Made by a program: the position numbers and the translations under genes
In this document: positions 51,216-60,355 of the stretch, one piece after another
How positions within the stretch are numbered: position 1 is the first letter of the stretch
How the letters are laid out: each line of letters opens with the position of its first letter
Notes under the pieces: model-generated
Told to the model about the DNA's origin: nothing
Seen by the model: only the letters and a program-made list of their open reading frames with translations
Databases searched by the model: none
Origin: an uncultured delta proteobacterium
GTDB lineage: Bacteria; Desulfobacterota; Binatia; Binatales; Binataceae
DNA length: 64,000 bases
Assembly (NCBI GenBank): GCA_963710425.1
Contig: CAVQAR010000020.1
Location: forward strand, 105,941-169,940
Direction of reading: 5' to 3'

Positions 51216-52592
51216 TCATCGGTTGACCTCGAGCGGCTCGACCTCGTCTGGATAGAAGTAGAGGAAGCGGCCGTGGGTCTGCATGAAGTCGGCGGCCGGA
51301 TCGTCTTCGAGCGTGACCGCGAGGTATTCGTTTTCTTCGACGTCGAAGTACACGGCCTCGACCCGCGCGGTTTTGCCAGCGAGGAACATGTCCTGTGCAT
51401 CCGACCGTCGCGGACCCGGGCGCAAGCGTACGCGAGATCCCTTCGAAACTGAAACCTCGCCGACCTGTACGCTGTCGGTCTCGGGAGATACGGACGCATC
51501 GGCGCCGGGATCCCACCACGGCGGCGGTTCGGCCGGAGTAGGGCGCTCGTCATCGGTCTGCGTTTCGTCCTTGGTAGTGGCGGCGCGCAGATATCTGAAA
51601 GCGCCGTGCAGGCGGTCGAGAATTTCCGGCGGCATATCGTCCACTCGATCGATTATCGCCGCGGCGCGCGGATCGGTCGCGCGCGCCTGGCGCTTCTCGT
51701 CGTCGGTGAGAGTCATGGTGCGTAGCGTGAGGATTTCGTCAATTTCGGTCGCGTCATAAAGATCGCCAGGACTCTCGGGCGCGATTTGCGGATAGTCGTA
51801 AAGAATGATCGGCGATGACAGCAGCACGTCGCGGTCGCCGTCTTCGCCGACCATCACCGGCCAGGTGCGCACGTTCGAGCATTTCTGTGCGGAGGCCTTC
51901 GCCCATTCCGGCGGATCGATCAGCGATACAAACTTGCCGCGTTTCACCTCGAGCAGTGCGTGGACGCCGATCAGCGAAGACCGCATCACGATGTCTCTCG
52001 ACGCGCCCGCGTCAGGCCAGACCGTTACGTTCTCGATTCGCAAGCGAAGCTTGCAGAGCGCGGGAGATTGATGGGCGACCTCGCAAGAGAGATGAATCGT
52101 TCCATTGATGGCGGTGGTTTCGCGAATGAATCGTCCGACGCGCCGTCCCGATCGAGTGACGATCTCTTCGGTCGTGCGGGACGCGGGAAACTCGAAGAGA
52201 ACGAGGCGCTCGCCGTGCGCAAATTCCGACGACTCGACAAAATCGACATCGCGCTCGATCGCTTCGTCCCAGCTGGTCCAGAGTTCCCCTTCAGCTTCGA
52301 GCGTTTCGACTTCCTCAAACGTGTCCGCTTCGGGGTCGATTAACTTTTCGACGATGCGGCGCTGGATTTGCAGAAATCTGACTTTGCCCGCAATCTCGAA
52401 CGCGCCTTCGATCAGACATTCGGTCTGCGACCATGAATGCTCGCAGCCGCCTGCCTCGCTCCATTCGCGCGGCGCCAGCACGCCGAATTGCCATCGGACC
52501 TGATTTTTCCCCGACGATGCCCGATACGGATACAGCACGTATCCTTCGTAGAGAACGGCGTCGGCAATCTTGCGCGCGCGCTCGATACTCAT
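51216..52592 (-). CDS. conserved hypothetical protein of the hydrogenase cluster (458 aa)
   Basis: Long ORF co-oriented with the structural genes. No recognisable motifs. Confidence 0.5.
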   Translation of the reverse strand: MSIERARKIADAVLYEGYVLYPYRASSGKNQVRWQFGVLAPREWSEAGGCEHSWSQTECLIEGAFEIAGKVRFLQIQRRIVEKLIDPEADTFEEVETLEAEGELWTSWDEAIERDVDFVESSEFAHGERLVLFEFPASRTTEEIVTRSGRRVGRFIRETTAINGTIHLSCEVAHQSPALCKLRLRIENVTVWPDAGASRDIVMRSSLIGVHALLEVKRGKFVSLIDPPEWAKASAQKCSNVRTWPVMVGEDGDRDVLLSSPIILYDYPQIAPESPGDLYDATEIDEILTLRTMTLTDDEKRQARATDPRAAAIIDRVDDMPPEILDRLHGAFRYLRAATTKDETQTDDERPTPAEPPPWWDPGADASVSPETDSVQVGEVSVSKGSRVRLRPGPRRSDAQDMFLAGKTARVEAVYFDVEENEYLAVTLEDDPAADFMQTHGRFLYFYPDEVEPLEVNR

Positions 52593-53258
52593 TGGTACCG
52601 CTCCCGCGCATCATGCAGCAGCGTCTCGACGACTTCGTCCCAGGTTGCGAGCGCGCGGCTGGTCTTGAACTTCATCAAGTCCGACAGCGTCTCGCGTCGC
52701 AGGCGCAGCCATCCGCTGTTCGGAAAATAGTGATCGATCATCTCCTGCCACACGCTGCACCGGCAGGCGATAACCCGCCTCCTTGCTCCACGGAATCTGG
52801 CTGACCTGCATTCCGTGTTCGCCTTTTTCGAACACGCTGCCGCTGAACATCATCAGCAGCGCGATGTCGCCGCTTTCGAGCGAATGTAGATATTTTGCGG
52901 CGGCGATTTCAAAATCGTAGGTGCATGCGACCGGTAACTCGACTTCGGTCTCGCCGCGAAAGCTGGGAATCGTGGCCGACAGATGCGTCCACAGAAACGG
53001 CTTCATCGTGTCGCCCCATCGCGGAGTCTCGCCGAACAGCTCGGCCAGGCGCGCTTCTTCGACGGGGGAGTATTGGCGGCGAAGCGGCTCGATGCGAATC
53101 TGGCAGCGCAGCACGATATTGTGGATGAAGATGCCGGTGGTCTCCTCGATTTTCAGCGCGAACATCAGCGTCGGCACGGCCGCATGCCGCTCGGGACGCG
53201 CGCCCACGATCTGAAAGTTCAATTCACTCAATCGCGGAACTCCGCTCGTTGTGGTCAC
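52592..53258 (-). CDS. conserved hypothetical protein of the hydrogenase cluster; frameshift at about 52790
   Basis: ORF 52611..53258 loses plausibility after ...QIPWSKEAGY. Hand translation of the +1 frame gives ...WQEMIDHYFPNSGWLRLRRETLSDLMKFKTSRALATWDEVVETLLHDARERYQ*, ending at an ATGA overlap with the next gene. Confidence 0.45.
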
Positions 53259-53910
53259 GGCAACGCGCGCGCAGGCTCGAGAAGAAGCCCTCGATTTCGC
53301 GCCACACTTCTTCCCCGCCGTCGAAACCCTTCCAGTAGCGACGAACCTTGCCGGTCAGTTCGTAACAGGCGTCGATCGGCACGATGAAGCATTGGAATCG
53401 ATCTTCGCCTCGGCGCCGATAGATGAGCAGCGCTTCGACGTCGGGCGCGAGTTCCCGCAACACCGGATTGTTCGCGACCAGTTCGTCCCATGCCTCAGGG
53501 GGCACCATCGATTCGGTGGCGCCGGCGGGGCTCGGATAGAATGCGGTGATTTTCTTCATGCCGGAGTTGTAGAAGAAAAACGCCATCCCGACCGGGATTT
53601 GCATCGCGTCCCAATCCGCGTTGCTCAAGTGAAACGAGTTGAGATTCAGGACGCGGTCCGGCACCGCGCGATATTTTCCCTGCGCCGCTCCGTCGTGCGT
53701 GAAGAGCAGGTAGCATGCGCGGCAACTGCACATGAGTGTGCGGCTCTCGACGTTGACGACGTGCGAATGCTGCTCAACGATCGGCTGTCCGCACATCTCG
53801 CAAACTTCGCCCGCGCGCCGCTTGAGCTTCGGCTCGAGAAAGCGTTTCAACGCATTCGGCGCGTCCGCGATTCTGCCGTTTCTCTCGCCAACCATGCTCA
53901 TCTCCATCAA
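53224..53910 (-). CDS. Cys-rich (CxxC...CxxC) conserved hypothetical protein of the hydrogenase cluster
   Basis: CEMCGQP...CSCRAC zinc-ribbon-like N-terminus. Confidence 0.5.
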   Translation of the reverse strand: MMEMSMVGERNGRIADAPNALKRFLEPKLKRRAGEVCEMCGQPIVEQHSHVVNVESRTLMCSCRACYLLFTHDGAAQGKYRAVPDRVLNLNSFHLSNADWDAMQIPVGMAFFFYNSGMKKITAFYPSPAGATESMVPPEAWDELVANNPVLRELAPDVEALLIYRRRGEDRFQCFIVPIDACYELTGKVRRYWKGFDGGEEVWREIEGFFSSLRARCRDHNERSSAIE

Positions 53911-54773
53911 TTCATGAGCGGAGCAGCGATCGCGACTCTCACTCCGTCCTGATCTTCGAGCAAGGGCACTGGCTCAAGATGCAATCCGCGGCTCTCGGTC
54001 GATCGGCCGGCCAGACGCGGGTCATAATTCTTGTTGCACGATGGACAGACCACCAGGCTGTGAGTCACGTTGCCGCCGCCCATCGCGGAACCGCATGCCG
54101 GGCACGCGTCGCGATACGCGTAGAGTTGCCCTTCGACCCGGCACAGCACGATTCGCGATCCCATCGCTTCGGTCGAAGTGAGAAGGCTGGCGGGAAATCC
54201 GTTTTGGTCGCCAATCGATACCCATGTCGGCTCGATCTCGGCTGCTCGCTCGCGCGGAGATTTGGATTCGGTGACGCCTTCGACCTCGATCGTCGAAGCC
54301 TCGGGCGCCGCCTCGCGAATCGCAGTTTCCACCGCGAGCTTTACAGTCAACAGCGACGACGGGCATCCGTCGCAGCTACCTTTCATCCGCAGTCGCACCA
54401 GGCCGGTATCCAGACTGAGATCGACGATCTCGACGTCGCCGCCGTGCGATCCGAGATACGGCCGCACGCGCTCGAGCGCCTCGCGCACACGGGTTTCGAA
54501 GTCCTTGGGATGCAACCCATGCAGGATCAGCAGGCTCGAGACCAAATCGTCGGCAGCGAGTTGCGCGCGCAAACGCTCGCCGGCGCTGCCGTCCGCGGCC
54601 GCGATCTCGTCGATGCGCTTGAGACCTTCGCCGTAGAGATGCACCACGGAGCGGACGATCTCCTCGACTCGTTCCCACACCGGCGGACTCGCCATCGAGC
54701 GAACCTCCTCGAGCAGCGGCTCGATTCGTTCGCTGAGTTCGCGCAACTTCCCCTGATCTCCCCGACGCGCCAT
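53907..54773 (-). CDS. NifU-like (Fe-S scaffold C-terminal domain) protein with a C-terminal Cys-rich (Rieske/zinc-ribbon-like) region, hydrogenase-associated
   Basis: GSHGGDVEIVDLSLDTGLVRLRMKGSCDGCPSSLLT NifU C-terminal motif, then CPACG...CPSC. Start chosen at MARRGD, overlapping the hhyL stop. Confidence 0.6.
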   Translation of the reverse strand: MARRGDQGKLRELSERIEPLLEEVRSMASPPVWERVEEIVRSVVHLYGEGLKRIDEIAAADGSAGERLRAQLAADDLVSSLLILHGLHPKDFETRVREALERVRPYLGSHGGDVEIVDLSLDTGLVRLRMKGSCDGCPSSLLTVKLAVETAIREAAPEASTIEVEGVTESKSPRERAAEIEPTWVSIGDQNGFPASLLTSTEAMGSRIVLCRVEGQLYAYRDACPACGSAMGGGNVTHSLVVCPSCNKNYDPRLAGRSTESRGLHLEPVPLLEDQDGVRVAIAAPLMN

Positions 54774-56542
54774 CAGTCGCCCACTGTGTTCATCATCGTC
54801 GGCGAGTGGATTTTCTTCAGCACCTTCCCCTTGCCGACGTACATGTGCACGCCGCACGGCAGGCACGGGTCGAAGCTGCGGACGGTGCGCATAATGTCTA
54901 TGCCTTTGAACTTGTCGGGACCGTTCTCCTCGAAAATCGGCGTGTTCTGCACGGCGTCTTCATACGGTCCCGGCGTTCCGTAGACGTCGCGCGGATTCGC
55001 GTTCCACGGCGTTGGCGGATACGGATGATAGTTCGCGATTTTGCCGCCGCGAATCACCATGTGATGCGACAGCACGCCGCGCACCGCTTCAGTGAAGCCG
55101 CAGCCGATGCCTTCGTCAGGCACTTTGAATTGCTCCCAGGTCTTGGTGTGACCCGCGCGCACTTCGGCCAGCGCCTTCTCGGTGAAATGGAGCGCGCACG
55201 CGGCCGCGTAGGCCTGGAAGTAAGTTCGCGCGCGGTCGCGCTCGATCGTGTTCGACCACTTCGGCATCTTCCACTCGAAATCGACGGGCCCCTTGGTCGC
55301 GCTCTTGGGCAGGTGGATCTGGACGCTGTTGCCGGTCGCCTTGACGTAGTCGTTATTCACCAGTCCCGACAGCGCAGTCGACCACAAACGCGCGATTGGC
55401 CCGCCGCCGGTGTCGAGCGCCAGGTGATCCTTGCCGTCGAACCATCGTGGCGACATGACCCAGCTATACTTGCCGTCGAAATCGCGCTTCTGAGGCTTGG
55501 GCACGGTGTGTTGATTCCACGGATGCCGGCGATCAACTGGATTGCCGAGCGGGTCTTTGGTTACGAACATCTCCTGGTCTTCCCAATCGTCGTAGAAGGA
55601 ATGACCGAGCAGAATCCGAATCCCGAGATTTATTTTGACGAGATCGTTAGTGACCAGTTTGCCGTCAACCACGATGCCCGGGGTGACGAACATCTTGCGT
55701 CCCCACTCGGTCATGTCCCGGTAGTTGAAATTGCAATATTCGGGATCCTGGAACGAGCCCCAGCAGTTGAGCAGGATTCGCCGCTTGCCGACTTCTTCGT
55801 AGCCGGGCAGGGCGGTGTAAAAGAAATTGAACAGGTCGTCGTGCATCGGAACCGCGCGCTTGAGGAACTCGACGTAGCGCATCAGGCGCGTCAGGTAGTC
55901 GGTGAAAAGCTGGACGGTCGCTACTGTGCCGACGCCACCAGGATAGAGCGTCGAAGGATGCACGTGGCGTCCTTCCATCAGGCAGAACATCTCGCGCGTG
56001 TAGCGGCTGACCTGCAATGCTTCGCGGTAGAATTCGCCCTCGAGCGGATTGACCGCCTTCATAATGTCGCCAATGGTGCGATAGCCGTGCGCGGCGGCGC
56101 CCGGCGCTTCGGCCTTGACCGCTTTCTCCCACAGGCCGGGATTGGTCTCGCGCACCATCCGCTCGCAGAAATCCACTGCGACCAGGTTTTCTTGAAAAAT
56201 GTTGTGATCGAACATGTACTCGGCGGCTTCGCCGAGATTCACAATCCATTCGCCGAGATGCGGCGGCTTCACGCCGTACGCCATGTTCTGCGTGTAGCAT
56301 GAACAGGTCGCGTGATTGTCGCCGCAGATTCCGCAGATGCGACTCGTGATGAAATGGGCGTCGCGCGGGTCCTTGCCTTTCATGAAGATGCTGTAGCCGC
56401 GGAAGATCGACGACGTGCTATGGCACTCGGCGACCTTTTTCTTGCCGAAGTCGATCTTCGTGTAGATTCCGAGGCTGCCGACGATTCGTGTGATCGGATC
56501 CCAATTCATCTCGACCAGGCCGTCGGTTGTCTTCGTCGCCAT
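54773..56542 (-). CDS. hhyL: [NiFe]-hydrogenase large subunit (likely group 1h/5, Hhy-type)
   Basis: N-terminal RICGICGDNH and C-terminal DPCLPCGVH nickel-binding motifs, plus a C-terminal extension for protease processing. Confidence 0.9.
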   Translation of the reverse strand: MATKTTDGLVEMNWDPITRIVGSLGIYTKIDFGKKKVAECHSTSSIFRGYSIFMKGKDPRDAHFITSRICGICGDNHATCSCYTQNMAYGVKPPHLGEWIVNLGEAAEYMFDHNIFQENLVAVDFCERMVRETNPGLWEKAVKAEAPGAAAHGYRTIGDIMKAVNPLEGEFYREALQVSRYTREMFCLMEGRHVHPSTLYPGGVGTVATVQLFTDYLTRLMRYVEFLKRAVPMHDDLFNFFYTALPGYEEVGKRRILLNCWGSFQDPEYCNFNYRDMTEWGRKMFVTPGIVVDGKLVTNDLVKINLGIRILLGHSFYDDWEDQEMFVTKDPLGNPVDRRHPWNQHTVPKPQKRDFDGKYSWVMSPRWFDGKDHLALDTGGGPIARLWSTALSGLVNNDYVKATGNSVQIHLPKSATKGPVDFEWKMPKWSNTIERDRARTYFQAYAAACALHFTEKALAEVRAGHTKTWEQFKVPDEGIGCGFTEAVRGVLSHHMVIRGGKIANYHPYPPTPWNANPRDVYGTPGPYEDAVQNTPIFEENGPDKFKGIDIMRTVRSFDPCLPCGVHMYVGKGKVLKKIHSPTMMNTVGD

Positions 56543-56604
56543 CTGTCAATCCTCCATCATAGGAGCAAGTTGATTGCCGGAGCGTCAGGGTCGTTGGCGA
56601 TTCG

Positions 56605-57654
56605 CTACCATCGCGGCCGGTAGCCGGTCTTCAGTTCTTTGCCGCGCACGCGCCACTTGGGTTCATCCTCCAGCGTGCTCAGCGTGTACGATCGCAGCGT
56701 TCGAACGACTGACCCAAGGACGTTGGCCATGCGTGTGGAAACTTTGGCGCCCGGAGGTTCATCCATGAACGGCATGAACTTGTCGGGGAAGCCGGGCATC
56801 GTGCATCCGATACAAATCCCGCCGACGTTGGGGCATCCGCCGACGCCGCCCATCCATCCGCGCTTGGGCACATTGCATTTCACCACCGGGCCCCAGCAGC
56901 CGAGCTTGACGATGCATTTTGGCGATCCGTATTCGTCGGCGAAGTCGCCACCTTCGTAGTAGCCGGCGCGGTCGCATCCTTCGTGAACGGTGTTGCCGAA
57001 GAGCCATTGCGGCCGATGCTCTTCGTCGAGCGGAATCATCGGCGCCTGGCCGGTCGCCTGGTAGAGCAGGTACAGGATGGTCTCGGAAAGATTGTCGGGT
57101 TGAATCGGACATCCGGGCACGCAGACGATCGGAATCCCGGCGCCTGATTTCCAATCCCAGCCGAGGTAGTCGAGCACACCCATCGCGCCGGTCGGATTGC
57201 CCTGCATCGCATGGATACCGCCGTAGGTCGCGCAGGTCCCGACCGCCAGTACCAGCAACGCCTTCGGCGCCAGCCGGTCGATCCATTCGCTGGTCGTCAT
57301 TGGCTGTCCAGTCGCCGGATTGTTGCCAAACCCGCACCAGTAGCCTTCTTTCTTGATCGCTTCGTTGGGGATCGATCCTTCGATCACGAGTACGAACGGG
57401 ATCCAACTCGCCGCGCTCGCCCTTGAAGAACCATTCGATGAAGTCGTCGGTCTTATGACCGACCGGCCCGGTCTCGTACGCGATCAGCGGCCAATGAACG
57501 TCAACTTTGGGCAAGCCGGGCAGGGTGCCGAGGACGATATCCTCGATGCTGGGCTGCATCGCAGCGGTAAGCGCAACCGAATCGCCGTCACACGATAGTC
57601 CCGCGTTGATCCAGAGGATATGAACCACGGGGTCATTTCCGTTGGTCGGCATCG
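56605..57654 (-). CDS. hhyS: [NiFe]-hydrogenase small subunit, Tat-less (group-1h-like); frameshift at about 57387-57400
   Basis: ORF 56759..57679 gives the N-terminus from the ATG at 57652 (AAGGAGG ribosome-binding site; HILWINAGLSCDGD). ORF 56605..57387 continues (VIEGSIPNE...) with the full FeS-ligand set. Confidence 0.9.
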
Positions 57655-57796
57655 AGGTTCCTCCTTGTTCAGCCGACAACGGTCAAGGCGTCGCCGGACA
57701 GTCACCGGTATCTGTAGAAAACTTTTACAAGGTTCCCGTTTCTATTTTTTTAGAGTGCGCTATTTCGCTCGCGCTTTTGCTGCACACGAAACTCGA

Positions 57797-57813
57797 CGCA
57801 TCAAATGTGCCAT
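57797..57813 (-). promoter_or_regulatory. sigma54 (-24/-12) promoter TGGCAC-ATTTGA-TGC with consensus GG/GC spacing, about 135 nt upstream of hhyS
   Basis: Minus-strand sequence aTGGCACatttgaTGCg read directly. GG-N10-GC spacing is exact. Confidence 0.6.
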
Positions 57814-57961
57814 GCGATTTTATCTGCTGTCTTCAAAAAGCCTCGCGATCATATGTTTCTGAGGCCGGTCGCTCCCTTGATTGCATCGCTTTTGTTGCGA
57901 CACCCTGCGACACTCGCGCGAAGCGACCGCTCGATCATTTACAGTCTTCAAATCCGCCAAG

Positions 57962-58077
57962 GTCGCGAATGCGCGACAGCTGTCGCATTGTGTCGCGCGA
58001 TGAACAGGGCCGGATCAAAATAGCGGCGAGATTCACGATCAGAGCGAGCGATAGCTGTAGCGTGATGTCGCGCGACA
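57962..58077. promoter_or_regulatory. cluster of GTCGCG/CGCGAC palindromes (GTCGCGaatgCGCGAC; TGTCGCattgtGTCGCGCGA; TGTCGCGCGACA); candidate enhancer sites for the adjacent sigma54 activator
   Basis: Perfect inverted repeats read directly, 150-270 bp upstream of the sigma54 promoter. Confidence 0.45.
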
Positions 58078-58085
58078 GATGGCTG

Positions 58086-59048
58086 TTAGCGGGCCAGTCG
58101 CCGATAAACCGTCGAGCGATGGATTCCGAGCCGGCGTGCAGTTTCGGACACGTTGTTGTTGGACGCCTCGAGCACCGCTTTTATGCCGTCGGTGCGATGT
58201 CCGTTGTGATGCCCATTGCTGTGTCCCTTGTGCAGAGCGTCGGCCTTCGATCCTTCGATGCTGCGATCGATCCATAGCTCGGCGGGCAAGTCGCCGGCTG
58301 TAATCCGATCCTCGGCCGAGGCGAGAATCGCCCGCAACATTATATTGCGCAGCCCGCGCGCGTTGCCCGGCCACGCATACGGGCAGGTCCTGAGCGCCGT
58401 CCAGACTTCGTCCTCGACTTCGCCGAGGAAGTGGAGTTCCTCACGCAGGCATTTTTCCGCGATCGGCCGCAGGTCGTCGCGTCGTTCACGCAGCGGCGGA
58501 ATTTGAATCACGAGACAGTTGAGCCGATAGAGCAGATCCGATCGCACGCGCTGTTCCGATTCGAGCTGCTCTACCGTAATGTTCGACGCCGCAATCACAT
58601 TCACGTCGGCATGAACCGGCCGCGTACCGCCGACGCGGACGAAATCTCCAGTCTCCAGGAACCGCAGCAGGACGCTCTGCGCAGTCGGCGGCAGATCCTG
58701 CAACTCGTCAAGAAAAAGGGTTCCGTTGGTGGCCGCGTCGATCAATCCACCGCGCGCCTGGCGGTCGGCGCCAGTGAACGATCCCGCCTCATAGCCGCAC
58801 ATTTCTGCAATCGCCAAATCGCCGCAGAGCGTGCCGCAATTTATCGCAACAAAAGGACCTTCGCGGCGCTGGCTGGCATTGTGAATGGAATGCGCGAAAA
58901 GCTCCTTGCCAGTTCCCGACTCGCCCACGATCAACGTCTGAAAATTGCTCTCGGCCGCTCGATGAGCGAGCCGAATAGCGCCTTGAATTGAGTCGCTGGT
59001 ACCCAGGATGTCGTCGAAGCTGAAATGAGCGGGCCAAGCATGCATCAT
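58086..59048 (-). CDS. sigma54-dependent transcriptional activator (AAA+ domain plus Fis-type HTH) with no N-terminal receiver or sensor domain
   Basis: Walker A (GESGTGKE), GSFTGA (GAFTGA-type) sigma54-contact motif, and a C-terminal HTH (ETARRLGIHRSTVYRRL). The AAA+ domain starts about 20 residues from the N-terminus. Confidence 0.85.
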   Translation of the reverse strand: MMHAWPAHFSFDDILGTSDSIQGAIRLAHRAAESNFQTLIVGESGTGKELFAHSIHNASQRREGPFVAINCGTLCGDLAIAEMCGYEAGSFTGADRQARGGLIDAATNGTLFLDELQDLPPTAQSVLLRFLETGDFVRVGGTRPVHADVNVIAASNITVEQLESEQRVRSDLLYRLNCLVIQIPPLRERRDDLRPIAEKCLREELHFLGEVEDEVWTALRTCPYAWPGNARGLRNIMLRAILASAEDRITAGDLPAELWIDRSIEGSKADALHKGHSNGHHNGHRTDGIKAVLEASNNNVSETARRLGIHRSTVYRRLAR

Positions 59049-59125
59049 TGTTAGCCTCTCGCCGCCGAAAGAAGCCCCCAAGATCGGCCCCGAGTATGCT
59101 ACCTTGATCCAAAGACGTCAACGCA

Positions 59126-59872
59126 ATGAGCACCCAGCTGGCGCGAGTACTGATAGTCGAAGATGAGAGCATCACCGCGCTCCACATCAAGACTATCCTC
59201 GACGCCAAGGGCTACGCTGTTCCCGCGATCGTCGGGAGTGGCGACGAAGCTATCGAGATGGCCGGCGAGCTGAACCCCGATCTCGTTCTGATGGACATCA
59301 GGCTTCGCGGCAACGTCGATGGTATCGAGGCGGCTGGGGCTATCCGCAGCAGGTTCAACGTGCCGGTGGTCTATTTGACCGCGTACGCCGATACCGAAAC
59401 TTCGGAACGCGCTCGTCTGACCGAGCCCTATGGCTACTTGCTCAAGCCTTTCGACGAACGCGAGCTGATGATCGTGGTCGAGATGGCGCTGTATCGGCAC
59501 AAAATGGAACGCAAGCTGAAGGAGAGCGAGCGCTGGCTCACTGCAACCCTTCGCAGCATCGGAGATTCGGTTATCGCAACCGACGCCGAATGGAAAATCC
59601 GATTCATGAATCCGCGCGCCGAGAGTCTCACCGGATGGGCCGCCGACCTCGCGATCGGACGCGAGTTGGCCGAGGTGGTTCGCGTCTCACTCACCGCGAA
59701 TCCGCGGCCGCTGTCGCCGAGCCTCGCATTGAACGGCGGCGGCATGGCAGAAGGGATCCTCACCACTCGCGACGGCAGCGAGATCGCAGTCGAGGAAAAC
59801 AGCACCACCATTCGCGACGAGCGCGGCCGCGTGATGGGCACCGTCATCGCAATTCGAAAAAAGCGCACTTAA
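59126..59872 (+). CDS. response regulator with REC plus PAS domains and no DNA-binding output
   Basis: REC motifs (VLIVEDE, phospho-acceptor D in LVLMDIRL, KPF) followed by a PAS-like region. Confidence 0.75.
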   Translation: MSTQLARVLIVEDESITALHIKTILDAKGYAVPAIVGSGDEAIEMAGELNPDLVLMDIRLRGNVDGIEAAGAIRSRFNVPVVYLTAYADTETSERARLTEPYGYLLKPFDERELMIVVEMALYRHKMERKLKESERWLTATLRSIGDSVIATDAEWKIRFMNPRAESLTGWAADLAIGRELAEVVRVSLTANPRPLSPSLALNGGGMAEGILTTRDGSEIAVEENSTTIRDERGRVMGTVIAIRKKRT

Positions 59873-59913
59873 GTCAGATTCCATCCGCCGTCATCTCGGC
59901 GGGCGCGACGGCC

Positions 59914-60351
59914 ATGCACAGCTTCAGATCGCTCCTTTCGACCTCGACCAATCTTCGCAGCGTTGTATTCATTCGCGTAGCCGTCGGATTAATTTTCTTC
60001 ACCCAGGGAATCTTGAAATACACCGATCCGCACATGGGCGTGATGCGGTTTATGCGCATCGGATTTCCGATGCCGGCCTTCACAGCTCACTTCGTCGGCG
60101 CCTTCGAGATCGTCTGCGGATTGTTAGTCACTCTCGGGCTGGCCACCAGGCTCGCGAGCGCGCCGTTGTTGATCGTAATTCTAACGGCAATCGCGACCAC
60201 CAAGATTCCCGAGTTGTTCCATCCCAACCAGGGCTTCTGGTTCATGGTGAGCGACGCGCGAGCGGACTTCGCGATGACGATGGGCTTGCTATTCCTGCTC
60301 AGCGTTGGCGCTGGCTCATGGTCACTCGACGCCAGGATTTGGGGCGAGTAA
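59914..60351 (+). CDS. DoxX-family membrane protein
   Basis: About 146 aa with 4 TM helices and a DoxX-like pattern. The ORF track starts at 59590 in overlap with the regulator; the start was chosen at MHSFRS. Confidence 0.5.
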   Translation: MHSFRSLLSTSTNLRSVVFIRVAVGLIFFTQGILKYTDPHMGVMRFMRIGFPMPAFTAHFVGAFEIVCGLLVTLGLATRLASAPLLIVILTAIATTKIPELFHPNQGFWFMVSDARADFAMTMGLLFLLSVGAGSWSLDARIWGE

Positions 60352-60355
60352 AGGA

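Noticed and set aside
54806-56302. 498-aa plus-strand ORF across hhyL
   Set aside because: Antisense to the hydrogenase large subunit, which has unmistakable nickel-binding motifs. It is a high-GC artefact.
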